NCBI GenBank assembly: GCA_964016885.1
Contig: OZ024747.1
Span: 73,594,001 to 73,658,000 of the forward strand
Length of the DNA: 64,000 nucleotides
Source of the DNA: Eledone cirrhosa
Lineage: Eukaryota
Reading direction: 5' to 3'
In this document: piece by piece, positions 10,120 through 24,359 of the stretch
Layout of the letters: the number at the start of each line of letters is the position of its first letter
Numbering within the stretch: the first letter of the stretch is position 1
Translations under genes and position numbers: made by a program
The notes under the pieces: generated by a model
Database searches by the model: none
Seen by the model: only the letters and a program-made list of their open reading frames with translations
Told to the model about the DNA's origin: nothing

Positions 10120-12543
10120 ATGGAAAAACAATATTTAGGAACCTCCTTAAAAAACATACCAATACCTTCTAAGGACGACTTCTTACTCCTTATGATTCAG
10201 AAAACTAATAATTTTATCAGAAGGGTTAGATGGAGAGCCTACCACTTCGATAGAAAATCTAAACAAGCAGATCGGAAATATATGTATGATTTCAATACTT
10301 ACAAGAATCCACCACACAACTTTTTACTTGAAGACTTCGAGAAAGACCTTTTTAATTTAATTAAACACCTCAAATTTAAAAAGTATAAATCCGTCTTTCA
10401 AAAGGACCTTGATTCTACCCTATTGGACCTAAAAAAGTCTAAAAATATCCATGTCCACTCGGACAAAACTGGTAACTTGTATCATATGGATATTGAACAT
10501 TATAACGAGTTCATATATAAAGAACTCAGAAAAAATTATAAAAAATCTAATAATGTGTCACTCACCAACATCAACAACAAAACACACAACATAGTAAAAA
10601 AACTAAACATTGAAGATAGAACTGAACCTTTGGCATTGAAAAGACCACACTTCAACCTGAAAGATCACAAATCTAACTTTAACTCAAATCCTTCTATTAG
10701 ACTTATATGTCCCTCCAAATCAGATATTGGAATAATTAGCAAAAAAATTTTAGATAGAGTCATCCCACAAATAAGAAAACACGTTATTTTACCACTCTGG
10801 GAAAACACCTCCCAGGTAATTAACTGGTTTAAAAATATTAGGTGTAAATCTTCTGCTTCTTTCCTACAATTTGATATAGATAATTACTATTCTTCTATAT
10901 CACCTATACTCCTGAACAAAGCATTGATATTTGCTAAAAATAGATCTAACTTAACTTTGGATGACATTAACATTATTACACATGCTAGACTAACACTTAT
11001 TGAATTTCAGAATGAATACTGGACCAGAAACACATACAGTAATCTTTTTGATATTACTATGGGTTCAAGCGATTCCGCCCAAATTACTGATCTTGTGGGC
11101 CTCTTTCTCCTTTTCAACATAAATGCCTCTTTTCCCCACCTCAAAGGTGGTTTATATCGTGATGACTGTCTTCTTCTTTCTAACAACCTTAGCCTTTCAA
11201 AAATCGAAAAAAACAAAAAACATATTAGAACTTTCCTTAAAGACTATTATAATCTTAATATTACTTTTGAAAAAACAAGTAAAGTAGTAAATTTCCTAGA
11301 TATAACTTTAGATTTAGCTACGGGTATCTACCAACCTTACCATAAACCTAACCAAAACTTACATTACATACACTCACAATCTAATCACCCTAAATCTATC
11401 CTTAAAAACCTTGCATATAATATATCACTTAGAATTTCTAACCTTTCTTCTAACCAAGATGTATTTGATAAAAATGCGACCTTCTATAACGAAGCTCTAG
11501 ATAGAAGTGGCCACAAAAATAGATTAGAGTATATACCTTCTACTAAAAATACTGAAAGCATACAACATAATATTACCAACAAACACCAAATGAAAAGTAC
11601 ACACCTAAATGCCACCCACACTATACCCCAAAATACTAAATCTTCTAATATAAAGTATAGTAACTCTCAAAAAACTACTCATCATACAACTATAATAAAT
11701 ATTAATAATAAAACTCCTAATAAAAAGGATAAAACACCTAAATCTACAAATATAACTAAAAATAGTTGTGGTGAGATCATTAACATTAATCCTCCTAGTA
11801 AAAATCACGATACAACCTATAAAAATAATAAAAATAATAAACAACATAGAAACCGTAATAGACGGGTTACTTGGTATAATGCTCCTTTTAATTTACAAGT
11901 TAAGGATAATATTGCTAAAAAATTTTTTTATATCCTTGAGAAAAACTTCCCGCCAAACCACAAATACCATCAAATCTTAAATAGGTCTACAGTTAAATTC
12001 TCATACTCTACAACAAATAACATAAAACAAAATATAAGTGCATATAATGCATATAAATGTAAGAAAACCATAAGTATACCACCAGTACATCAAATTAACC
12101 ATAATATCTCCTCAAATACAGAATTAACGAAAGGATGTAACTGTAGAAACAAAGCAAACTGCCCATTAAAAGGGAATTGTCTTGTTAACAACATAGTCTA
12201 TAAATGTAATGTTAAAACTAAAGATTCTATTTGCTCATATATAGGAGCTACCTCTAACAATTTTAAGACAAGGTTTAATACCCACAAGCATAGTTTTAAA
12301 AATGCCGCACTGGCTAATACAACATCTCTAGCAGAAAAAATCAATAGTTATAAAAATAAGAATATAAAATATGATTTGACCTGGAGTGTGCTCAAAAGAG
12401 CCACCCCTTATCAAAATAATAGAAATGAATGTAGATTATGTTCCCAAGAACTATTTGAAATAATGAAGTCTAAGGATATCTTATTAAATAAACGACAGGA
12501 ATTAATTATATCGTGTAATCATAAACTAAAAAAAAACATTTAA
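10120..12543 (+). CDS. Second copy of the Naiad-like RT/GIY-YIG ORF with a +1 A frameshift in the last codons
   Basis: Same protein except three substitutions (SKKIH/SKNIH, SEIEK/SKIEK, NNLKT/NNFKT) and the end KLKKNI* instead of KLKKTFKYYKPN* (A-run ~12528-12537). Confidence 0.92.
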   Translation: MEKQYLGTSLKNIPIPSKDDFLLLMIQKTNNFIRRVRWRAYHFDRKSKQADRKYMYDFNTYKNPPHNFLLEDFEKDLFNLIKHLKFKKYKSVFQKDLDSTLLDLKKSKNIHVHSDKTGNLYHMDIEHYNEFIYKELRKNYKKSNNVSLTNINNKTHNIVKKLNIEDRTEPLALKRPHFNLKDHKSNFNSNPSIRLICPSKSDIGIISKKILDRVIPQIRKHVILPLWENTSQVINWFKNIRCKSSASFLQFDIDNYYSSISPILLNKALIFAKNRSNLTLDDINIITHARLTLIEFQNEYWTRNTYSNLFDITMGSSDSAQITDLVGLFLLFNINASFPHLKGGLYRDDCLLLSNNLSLSKIEKNKKHIRTFLKDYYNLNITFEKTSKVVNFLDITLDLATGIYQPYHKPNQNLHYIHSQSNHPKSILKNLAYNISLRISNLSSNQDVFDKNATFYNEALDRSGHKNRLEYIPSTKNTESIQHNITNKHQMKSTHLNATHTIPQNTKSSNIKYSNSQKTTHHTTIININNKTPNKKDKTPKSTNITKNSCGEIININPPSKNHDTTYKNNKNNKQHRNRNRRVTWYNAPFNLQVKDNIAKKFFYILEKNFPPNHKYHQILNRSTVKFSYSTTNNIKQNISAYNAYKCKKTISIPPVHQINHNISSNTELTKGCNCRNKANCPLKGNCLVNNIVYKCNVKTKDSICSYIGATSNNFKTRFNTHKHSFKNAALANTTSLAEKINSYKNKNIKYDLTWSVLKRATPYQNNRNECRLCSQELFEIMKSKDILLNKRQELIISCNHKLKKNI

Positions 12544-13081
12544 ATATTATAAACCTAATTAATAACATTATTTTAGAAATTAACTTAATTTAAATGTTAG
12601 TTAACCTATAAATTTAATTTAATTAATATTTTTTTACAGATGAGAATATAAAATATTATGTAATCATAAATTGTGAAAAACCTTTAAATATTACTAATAT
12701 ATACTTAGTAATTAAATTTATAGATTAATTTTAATTTATTTAAACCTTTTATTATAATTCTTTTACAGATAAAATATAACAAAATAATATCGTGTATCCA
12801 ATGACAGAGAAATAATTTTTAGTATTATAGACCTAATTAATATACATTTTAGAAATATATTTATTATTTGGTTTTAGTTTTAATCAACCTAAAAATTTTA
12901 ATTTTAATTTGCTTAAAATTAGTATCCTTATACAGACGAATTGCAGAATGTCATGTAATCATAGAATGGGATGTGTTTTGGATATATACCTAGTTAATAT
13001 ATTCTATGCAATTTTTTGAAAAAGATATGTATATGTATATGTGTATGTGTATGTGTGTGTGTGTATGTATATGTGTATGTA

Positions 13082-13120
<39 letters not shown>

Positions 13121-14241
13121 ATGTGTGTATATATATGTATATATGTATGTGTATGTATGTGTATATGTATGCGTATTAATTTTGATTTCTATTTGCATAT
13201 AATTATATTATGCTATTGATGAAATACAATATCTGCTTTATGTATTGTATACCTAATTAACATATACTATTGAAATAAATTTATAATTTTTAATTTAGTT
13301 AACATATAATTTATATTCTACTACCGATGTAATACTTTATTTTATTTTTATTTGTGTTTTTTTTCCCTATTACTAAATTCATTTCCTAATATTGATACCA
13401 TAACGTTTTTAACTTTAATTTAGTTATACTGTAATTAATAATCTACTACTGTTTAACTTCAAAATTCTGCTTCAAATATTATAAACCTAACTAATTTACA
13501 CCTTAGAAATCAATATGTTGACTATCTTTGGTTTAGTTAACATATGATTAATGGTATACTTGTTTATTTTGAGATGCATAGATTTTGCCTTAGTTCTTGT
13601 TTGTTGTATTTCCTAACACTGAAAATATGTAAGAACATACATTGGATAAAGATACGGAAAATATTCTGTTTCTTGAAACATATATTTACTTTGATCCCCT
13701 TCTCCAAACCCCCCCTTTCCCCCATACTATTATCATCTGTATTTGTAAGCGTCTATGTATGAATATATATGTAGGTAGGTGTCTATATAGGTTTGGGTAT
13801 TTATATCTAAATATAAAAATACATATATGCGCATGCAAATATGAATGTAAGATTGCGTGTGTATATATGAGTGTGTATATGTATGTATATATGTGTATAT
13901 ATGCATTATATATGTATGTGTATGTGAATGTGTGTACGTATATGTGTATGTATGTGTATATATGTGTATATATGTGTATGCATGTATATATAGGAATATA
14001 TATATGTATATATATATGTATATGTATATGCGTGTGTATGTATGTGTGTGTATGTGTGTTGTATATATATGTATGTCTCTCTATTTATATGTTTATCTTC
14101 GTATCTATGTGATATATGTGTGTGTGTGTGCATGTATGCATATGTATGTGTTTATGTGTATGTGTGTGTGTGTGTGTATATATGTGTGTGTGCACACACA
14201 CACATATATATATGTGAGTGTGTATATGTGTCTGTGTATAT

Positions 14242-14300
<59 letters not shown>

Positions 14301-14419
14301 TGTCTATGTGTGAATATATGTCTATATTCGTATGTGTGTATTTATGTATGTATATGTTTATATGTATGTATGTATGTGTATGTATGTATGTGTATATATA
14401 TATGTGTATGTATATATAT

Positions 14420-14875
14420 GAGGCAAAGGAGCTCTTAAGAGTCAATGGCCATCCAAAATCACCGGGAGAGATGACCCCTTAGCCTTTGTCAAGGCAGAAT
14501 TCTAGGAGAAGGAAAACTCTGATATAACACCTGCAACCCTGATGGTATCCAATGATGTTGACTTGTTCTTCTTTTTGGTAAATATCATCTTGGTTAAGAG
14601 AGTGGGACTGGCTTTGTGCAGTGCCTTTGCTCACTATAAAAGCTTCACGGCACAGGCATTGCTTTATATCTGGAGATCTCTCTGCATTTGTCGTCACATG
14701 GTACCATGGGCCCAGCATTATGTGTCAATAATTGTCACAAGTGTAGTGTTTGTACCAGAACTTTCAAGTCGCTGGCTGGACTAAAAAGTCACACTCGTTC
14801 AGCGCATCAGTAGGGGTTCTCCTACATGGATATAAAGTAGTGGCCGTACTCGAAAACGAGTTGGCAGCCACCATG
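14420..14875 (+). mobile_element. Third nested copy of the RTE derivative
   Basis: Near-identical to 7580-8035. Confidence 0.7.
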
Positions 14876-15121
14876 TATATATATATATATATATATATAT
14901 TATTCTTTATTATTATAATATAACTTATGTGTATGTGTGTATAAGTGAAGTTGTGTATGTGTATATAATATGTGTATATATAAGTGTAAAAAAATATATA
15001 TATATGTGCATGTCTGTTTTTTATGTGTGTGTATATATATATATATATATATACGTGTGTATATATATGTATATGTGGGTGTTTGTATGTGTATTTATGG
15101 TGGTATGAGTGTGTGCATATC

Positions 15122-15159
<38 letters not shown>

Positions 15160-15606
15160 AGTGTATGTGTGTGTATATATATATATATATATGTGTATAT
15201 ATATATATATATATATGTGTATGTATGTGTGTATATATATATCTCTATTAATGCGTGTGTGTATGTATATACATATGCCTTTTTATTATTATTTTTATTT
15301 GTATGTCTGAGTTAGGTGAGGTTGTAGTGGTTTTTTATGTATATACGCATATATAGATGCGTATGTATTTGTATATATGAGTATAAGTAAGTGCATATGT
15401 ATGTATGATTATATATCTAATTCTATGTATGAATATACATGTATATATATATGTGTGTATGTAAGTTGTGTGTGTATGTATCTATATGTCTATGTGTGTG
15501 TATATATATATATATATATATGTATATCGATGTACGTATATGTATGTACATGTATGTACATGTATGTGTGTATGTATGTGTATGTATATTTAGGTGTATG
15601 TGTATG

Positions 15607-15647
<41 letters not shown>

Positions 15648-16465
15648 ATATATATATATATGTATATATCTTTATTATTTATTTTTTATATATATGTGTA
15701 TGTGTGTATGTGTTGCGTGTGTGTGTGTGTATATATATATCTTTATATATGTGTATGTGTATGTTCGTGTAGGTGTATGTGTGTGTATGACTGTATATGT
15801 ATGTGTGTATGTGTGTATGCGTAAATATTTCTATGTGTGTGTACATGTATGTATGTGTATATATCTGTATGTGTATGTATATTATATTATATTTATTATA
15901 TTTTATTGTTTTATTTTTTTATTTTTCTTAATTTATAGATACATTTATATTAGGCAGTCTGCTCAGACAGTTGAATACTGACCCCTTCCCCTCCCCTCCC
16001 ACCTAATTTCTGTATCTTGATCTAAAAATGTGTGTGCCAGTGTTTTATGTGAGTGAATTAATATCCATGTGCTTATGATTTTATATCCACATATATAAAT
16101 GTGAGTGGGGGTGTGTGTGTGTTTGTATGTTCGTGGTTATGTGTATATTTATGCATATACGTGCGTGTATGTGTGATTGTACTGATATGTGTGAGTATGA
16201 AAAAATATATTTATATACTTGACTTCATATGTATCAATGCGCATCTTATCTGCGCATTGTAAGCTTACAGAGACATTAACCTTGAAATTTTGTATTTGCA
16301 TCCATCCTTTTAGTATGCGTATACAAATTATACATACATTTTTGTAAAATATGTGTAAGGGTTTTACATGTATATACACACACCGAACTGCATTTAACCC
16401 TTTGTGTTTTCATTGGTCAATTTTGAACTGAAATTTTGAATTGTTGTTATTATCAATAAATATAC

Positions 16466-16620
16466 TTCATTATTTCTGAAGACGGCGTATATATGTGTTT
16501 GGTATGTATATTTAATCTTGATAATTTGTATAATTTTGTATAATTTTGTACATAGATCTGTTGAATATGCATACCAATTCTAACACATATATATCCTAGA
16601 AACGATCGTTAAATAATGAA
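16466..16620 (+). ncRNA. Hammerhead ribozyme, downstream pLTR copy
   Basis: Same motif as 9622-9776; predicted cut after 16610, 64 nt before the element 3' end. Confidence 0.85.
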
Positions 16621-16665
16621 CTTTTTTTGTTTAATATAAGGAATTGTTTATTCATTATTTGTTTA

Positions 16666-16875
<210 letters not shown>

Positions 16876-18485
16876 GAGTGGGTAACAAACTTTTAATATA
16901 TTAACATGTAAACATTCCAGAAAATATGAATTTCTCCCTAAATTGAAATAAATAAACACTTTAATCGACTTTTAACATAGTTGAATCCTCCACAGATGGT
17001 GTGTACATCATCGAGACAACCAAAAGGAAACACGTATTTTATGGGCCTTTATGCCGATTCCCTCCTAGTAGTATTCTGAAATGGGCGTACTAATTTACAT
17101 ATAATTAGCACTCGTGTTAGTAGTTAATTAAGTTATATGTGTATAATAGTTTTTCAATAATTTATATATATATATATATATAACGTATACGCAAAGAGAT
17201 GTCAGTTCGAAGCAGAATTTAATTCATTCACCTTATTACTGACTTCCTTTGACATAACTGTCAGTGGTAGTATTTACCAATTACATATAAAAGTATTATT
17301 CACATTCAGTTCTACCATTTCTATTGTTATTATAATCATATGAATGTATTCTTCCATCCCACCCCACTAAAATCTCTTCCATTGAATGTTATTAGAACAA
17401 TATTAATTACCAAAAGGGTAATCATTAGAACAATATATCAAAATACTATTGAAGCGTAACTATATATTTCAATTGCTTATATAATGCAAGTAGAATTATG
17501 TTGTTGTTTCGTTATACATTATTCTAATCAATTTGCTGTGGGGGGTATTTTATCAGTTCTCAGTAGATCTCTTCTGACGAGAAAGAGTCGCAGATAGTTT
17601 ATAGCGATACAGCCATCAGATATGGTAGTTAGTTGCGATATAAGTTGGTGCCTGTCAGAGCAGTAATGTTTGTAATTGAACATGTGGCAGTAGAGAATTC
17701 TCCCGCTCTTGGCCTCTTGCTGTTATCGGAGGGGGAGTTGACTGCCCATAAATGCGAGCCCCGGGAAGTGGACTAGCTGTTCTAGTAGGTTTCTCTTGCC
17801 ATCCACCAGGGCAATATATTCTCCATTCCCGTTGGCTAGGACCACCAAGGGGACTGAACCCAAAATTTCATTTATGATAGTGGCGTGTTGATTTGATTTA
17901 CTTTCATAATCATATATACGTACATATACGCATGAATGAATACATACATACCTGTGATGAATATGAATGCGAATCTGATGGGAAAAAAGTCATAGCTTAA
18001 TATATTAAAACAGCTAATTTACTTTCGCTGAACAACTGTAGCATTGTTTTCTGGGAAACTACTAAGATCTCAGATTTTCAAAGTTAAACATAAATCTAAA
18101 TTGCAGAATTACATACCCCATTTACGACATGAGTTTTATTTCTTCATTTCTCAAGAGATATTGCCAGTCGACAGAATTCTTTATCACGTTTAACATTCCA
18201 TTATTAATAGTAAATAATTGATATCGCAACGCTGACATTACTTCCAAATCTTTTAAGATAAATCGTTAATAGTAAATTGAAAGGTAGGTAGTAGTGAAGG
18301 ATAATTGAACATTTGACGAGACAGCCGGTTGCGTGCACAAGCTGTAGCCAAATAGTTAACGAATATAACGTGACAAAGGATTTGGCTGTCTGCTACGGTT
18401 CCTTTTTATTCATCGGAAATAGAATAAATCCTTCTCGCCAGCTGGCAGAAAATCTTACCTTTATATTTACATATATCTATATACA

Positions 18486-18557
<72 letters not shown>

Positions 18558-18807
18558 GCACACACATACACACACAAGCACACACACACACACATATATA
18601 ATGTTTATGCATGGATATGATGTGTGGGTGTATGTATATGCATGTGTGTGTGTATTTGTGTGTTTGTGTAATTTGTGTTTCTAAATTGTGTATCGGTATG
18701 GTAGCTTTACTTACCCGTAATTTCTAAAATATTTCTGCAGATAATGATATTGTTAAATCAACACGAATCATTGTGAGATATATAATAAGCTGGTACAATT
18801 CAGATAG

Positions 18808-19140
<333 letters not shown>

Positions 19141-19156
19141 TATATATATATATATA

Positions 19157-19828
19157 AGTTATAAGAATCAAAGTTCTGATCAAATCATTTATATGCTTAC
19201 AATTGTTTCCTCCAAACCGAGGTTTGGATCTTCGGAGCAATTTATTAATGGATGATCACATATATGACCTCATTTTCAACCCAAGAGACATACAGATACA
19301 TATGCAAACATTGTTGCTTGGTAGGTCGACAACCAATATAATATTTAGTGCGGCAGTATACATTTAAAGGTTGCATTCATATCCAAAGAGGATAAAATCA
19401 AAAATTAAGGTTAAAGATATCGCATTAATTTCATGTATTTTAACCTTAATTTTTGATTTAACCTCTTTGGATATGAATGTAACCTTTAAATGTATACTGC
19501 CGCACTAAATATTATATTGGTTGTCGACCTACCAAGCAACAATGTTTGCATATGTATCTGTATGTCTCTTGGGTTGAAAATGAGGTCATATATGTGATCA
19601 TCCATTAATAAATTGCTCCGAAGAATCCAAACCTCGGTTTGGAGGAAACAATTGTAAGCATATACATGATTTGATCAGAACTTTGATTCTTATAACTTAT
19701 ATATAACTGCTCTGTTAAACATCTGATGTTAGTACATTGAGCTATTTAACTTACTGGTAATAAGGTAGTAATATATTACTGCCTATCACTATTTAGGGTT
19801 TGTAAAAATATATATAACTACAAAAGGT
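19157..19828. mobile_element. Large fold-back element (~260-bp arms, ~16-nt spacer) with an HHR in each arm, in (TA)n
   Basis: 19157-19419 is the reverse complement of 19436-19697 with few mismatches; unpaired tail to 19828. Confidence 0.85.
19614..19660 (+). ncRNA. Minimal hammerhead, CCGAAGA core variant (mirror copy 19194-19239 on -)
   Basis: TGCT-CCGAAGA-a-TCCAAACC-tc-GGTTTGGA-g-GAAAC-AATT-GTA-AGCA. Confidence 0.7.
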
Positions 19829-19863
19829 TTTTGTATTTGCATAACCATAAATAGTATCCTTAA

Positions 19864-19929
<66 letters not shown>

Positions 19930-20034
19930 GTGTGTGTGTGTGTGTATAAAGGTAATATTTGAGGTAATATTTGACAAATAAAACAATAAAAATAATGTTG
20001 GTTTTTTTACCAATTATATTTCATTATAATACTG

Positions 20035-20184
20035 TGGATTGGCATAGAGTTATGGCCCTTTCCATTCTGATTTCAAATCCCACCGAGGCTAACTTTGCCT
20101 TTCATCCTTACGGAGTCGATAAAATAAAGTACCAGTAATGCACTGGTTAATTGCTGGCCTTGTGCCAAACGTAGAAACAATTAT
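20035..20184 (+). mobile_element. tRNA-derived SINE with Deu/Nin-like core
   Basis: B-box-like tttcaaatccc, core ctttgcctttcatccttacggagtcgataaaataaagtacc, tail ggccttgtgccaaacgtagaaac; many relatives in the window. Confidence 0.7.
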
Positions 20185-20877
20185 AATACTGTAGAAGCAA
20201 GAGGTCGAGATCTCTAACACATTTGCCAGTTGGTGGTTTTGAGGAGAGTTTTGTACACCTTTCTCTTTCTCTCTCTCTATCTCTCTTTCTTTCTCTGTTT
20301 CACCCTCTCTCTCTACACACACACGCACACACACACATATCTATATCTATATGTATATATATATTTGAGTCGTGCTATCTGTATATCTATCTATCAATCT
20401 ATCTCACCCCACCCTCTTTATCGCCCACGAACACATACATGCATATACACACATATTAGACATAAAGTCAGGCTTTCTATCTTGGATATATATCCGGACA
20501 CTGGACAGACACGTTGTAGATAAAGAGATAGACTATTTTCCTTACATCAGTATAGATGGAAGTGTCTACCGAAGCCATCTTAGTGAGATGTTTCATATGA
20601 ATAACAGACTGAATGGACAGAGTGTGGCAGTGGCAATGCAGAATGGTGTGTTTGCAGCAGTTGCTCTAAGATATGTAGAGAAATAATAGGTTTTATTATG
20701 ATGACCTTGAGAATATTAAAGCAATAATTTCAACATGATACCGTCTATTGTTGAGAATAAGAATGAGAATCACTATTAGCAGGATTGCTCGGTTTCAATG
20801 TAAACAGGGAATAATCAAATATACTTGGTTGTCATTTGAATAAGAGATATGAGATCTTGCAACAAGTGAATATGTTA

Positions 20878-21068
<191 letters not shown>

Positions 21069-21734
21069 GAGAAACATCGGTTATGAAAATATTATTTATT
21101 TAGAAAACCATTGAAATTATTTTAGCAACGTGAAAAATAAGAATCAATATTTTTTTCGAAATTTGATTTGAATATTTAACTGGTTCTTGTGCGCCTCCTC
21201 CCACACATGGAATCGTATTTTCTTTAAAATCTTAGCAGAGAAGAATACATACTTCAACAGTGTGTCCATATTTAACTAGGAATTAAGTTCACACGTTTGT
21301 TGCCAGTTTATCTGTGTTTCAATCAGAATTGCACTATTCCGCAATTTCAAAAGATTTAATTCACGGGATTGTGTCATTTTTCTTTATTATTTGGTAGTTA
21401 TACTGGCAGGGGTGGTATAAGTGGCTTTCTCTGTCCTCGGAGACTGAAGAGTCTGTTATTTTTAAATTGCAGTAGTTTTATTCCTCTGCTAAAAGAAAGT
21501 TTCAAACCGTTGACCTTCTGAACAAGAAGGACAGGACATTCATGCGGAGCATTGTGGGTGGTAATGAACATAAGTTAGTGAGAGGAGGAGAGAGTATATT
21601 AACTGAGTGCTTGTAGCATGATGTTCTGCAGAGACAATTGTATAAATGATAGAGGAGACAGGGAATCCAGAGAAGGATCGAAAGTGAGAAGATGGAAAGT
21701 CAAAGAGGCACAGAGAACGAATCAACAGCCAATA

Positions 21735-21873
21735 TTTGAGTGGTACTTATCGATCTGGTAAAAATGAAATCAAAGTTGACCTCGGTGCGATTTGAACTCA
21801 AAGAACAGAGAGCCGGTACGAATACCGCAAATCATTCTATCAGACATTCTAACGATTTTGTCAATTCGCTGCC
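21735..21873 (-). mobile_element. SINE, degenerate (similar copies 39585-39715 -, 23487-23602 +, 44855-44970 +, 49600-49820 +, tail at 55845-55902 +)
   Basis: gacctcggtgcgatttgaactc = reverse B-box plus core. Confidence 0.6.
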
Positions 21874-24016
21874 TGAGAGCCATGGCTGATCTGTCTTTAA
21901 TCTTAGGGTTACTTTAACAGGGCTGACTAAACAATAAACACAAAAGCAACAGTAAAATAATAGCAACAGCAAAAGTATAAAAAAGTATAACAACAACAAC
22001 AACAATAAATAAATGTATAAATATAACGTCAAATAGTCTTTAGTAGGTCTCTAATCCCAAGTGAGTGATAGATATCAGGAAGAGGAGTATGAGAAGAAAG
22101 GGATTATCACTTTTGCAAACGATTTGTATTTGATTTAAAGCTGTTGATTGTTTGATATCTAACATCTGCAGCTACGATCAATTTCTTTATAGTAAAAACA
22201 TGCCATAAACATATTACGTGGAGTATTCCAACTGAACCAAACATATATATACACACATACACCTTCCTGCTTTAGCACACATACACAACCATAATCACGA
22301 ACATACACTACGTTGACAATCACAGCTTCAAATAATAGCTCTAGGAAAGCCATGAAGGAAAGCACATTTTTCTTACTTTGATTTTGAAAGTAGGTTTATA
22401 ATTATTCATTTTCATCATACTTTTGTAGCAGTCTCGGTGGCCTAGTTGGACGAATTATAAACGGTGGTGATTCTTGGGCGGGTGTAGGGTCCCTGGACAA
22501 ACTTTTCAGTTTTTTTTCCTATGGGTTGTAAAATAAAAGCTGATATCGATTGCATGTACTTCTCGACTAGGATTGAACCCAATACCATGATCTCCACCGT
22601 CTATAGTACCTACCACTAGCCCACAGAGACAACTACAAAAATGTTGTGCTTTAGCAAAGGATATCTTAAAATATCGCATGTGATTGTATTTCGTGTGAAC
22701 CTCATTATTTTAGAATTTCTTGAAGTGGTCATGTTTGTGTAGTTTTCTTGTTGTATACTGAAGTTTGTAAAATAATAAGAATGTGGTGTTGACGTGGATA
22801 GAGAAGCATTGCTTAATTACGTAGCTTATAGCTGTCAGTGATACGACCCGACCCTGCTATCTCTTTACACGATGAAAGCTATATATCTTGGAAAGGAACA
22901 GAGCTCAATTTATGAGGACGTTTCTTTATATATTTATTCATCGCTATCTATCTAAATTTATTTATTCATTTATTTAAAGCAATATATTTGTCAATGAAGG
23001 AGAAACAGTGACTTTGACATATTTTAAATGAGTAATATTTAAAACAGATGTAACTCCTCTGAAAATATTCAAGGACGACATGGTGATATTAGATCCTTGT
23101 GTTAGTGTGCATGTTATATCTCTGTGTCTCTGTATGAGTGCGTATATGTGCGTATGTATGTGTGTGCTGAATGTATATATGCAAATAATTGAGTCAGTAA
23201 GAGAAGTAGGTAATGCAGTCCCACCAATTCCCTACATTGGTGACATTCATGTAGTTGATATATATATATCCTTGAAATATGCAGACAAGCGATGATGGAA
23301 AGGGTAATGATGGCCTAACGTAAATCCTTTCAACATATTAAACACTTTAGATTGGCCTTAGGCAACATGTTAGGTCTTCAATTCAAAAAGTAAGACCCAA
23401 TCGAAACTTTAGTTGGCGCTTTAACATCGATTAATCTCAGTCATCTGTAACACTACATTACAAACGTGAGATATTTATTTGTATGAGGCCACGAATTGGC
23501 AGAGTCGCTAGAATATCAGATAGATTGCTTTGCGACAATGATCCCGCCTCTCTGAGTTCAGAGATAAAATCACGCCGAGGACAATTTTGCCTTTCATCCT
23601 TCTTCTATTTCTCTCTTTTTCTTTCTTTTTTTTTCCTCTGAGGAGCATCGGCTCTGCTATGACATGGAGATAGATATGCTCCACTTGGTTTCACATATTC
23701 GATACATCGTTTGTTAATACGGCGACTTTGTAGTTCTATCATGTCGTATTCACTAATGTAGAGAATCCCTGATATAATGTCTGACAAAACAACCAATATT
23801 TACCTTTCCATTGAGCTTGTTTGAACTAGTCTAGTTACAATTATCCGTTTCCTATGGTTATGTAAACACTATACATGTAGACAAATATAATTTAGCTTTA
23901 GAACAATTATGCATAGAACTGCAAGTTAAATGGCATAATTATCGAATAAAACACAATACGTTTAATATAATCAGGTGATCAGTGTTTAAGTATATACACA
24001 TGTTACATTATGTGTG

Positions 24017-24047
<31 letters not shown>

Positions 24048-24062
24048 ATGTACGTATAATAA

Positions 24063-24330
24063 CAGGTCGCTCTTCAGCGTTACTGATAACATGTAACCCA
24101 GTATAACCTTGGCATGGTCGAGTCGTAGGCGACTAAATCAGCAACCCCACTAAACATGCTTGGTGAGGAGGGTGAACTTGGACACACTGCCGGATGAAAA
24201 ACAAAACCCGTCAAAGGACGGAGGAACTCAGGCGAGTCAACGGCCATCTAATAAAGTTTTACTTATTTAAGCTCATGGTTAAGTATCAAGCGATGGCATT
24301 ACTCGAAATCGAGCTGCAGCTATCATCATG
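24063..24330 (+). mobile_element. Short bipartite RTE-derived element (5' head + 3' tail)
   Basis: 24129-24248 aligns with 50690-50810; 24295-24328 (actcgaaatcgagctgcagctatcat) matches the tail actcgaaaacgagttggcagccaccat. Confidence 0.6.
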
Positions 24331-24359
24331 TACATATATTTGTATGTTTGTATGTATTT

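Noticed and set aside
10120-12600. Selenoprotein recoding, reported for some Naiads
   Set aside because: No in-frame TGA; the knuckle positions are Cys codons and the ORFs end in TAA; no SECIS recognised
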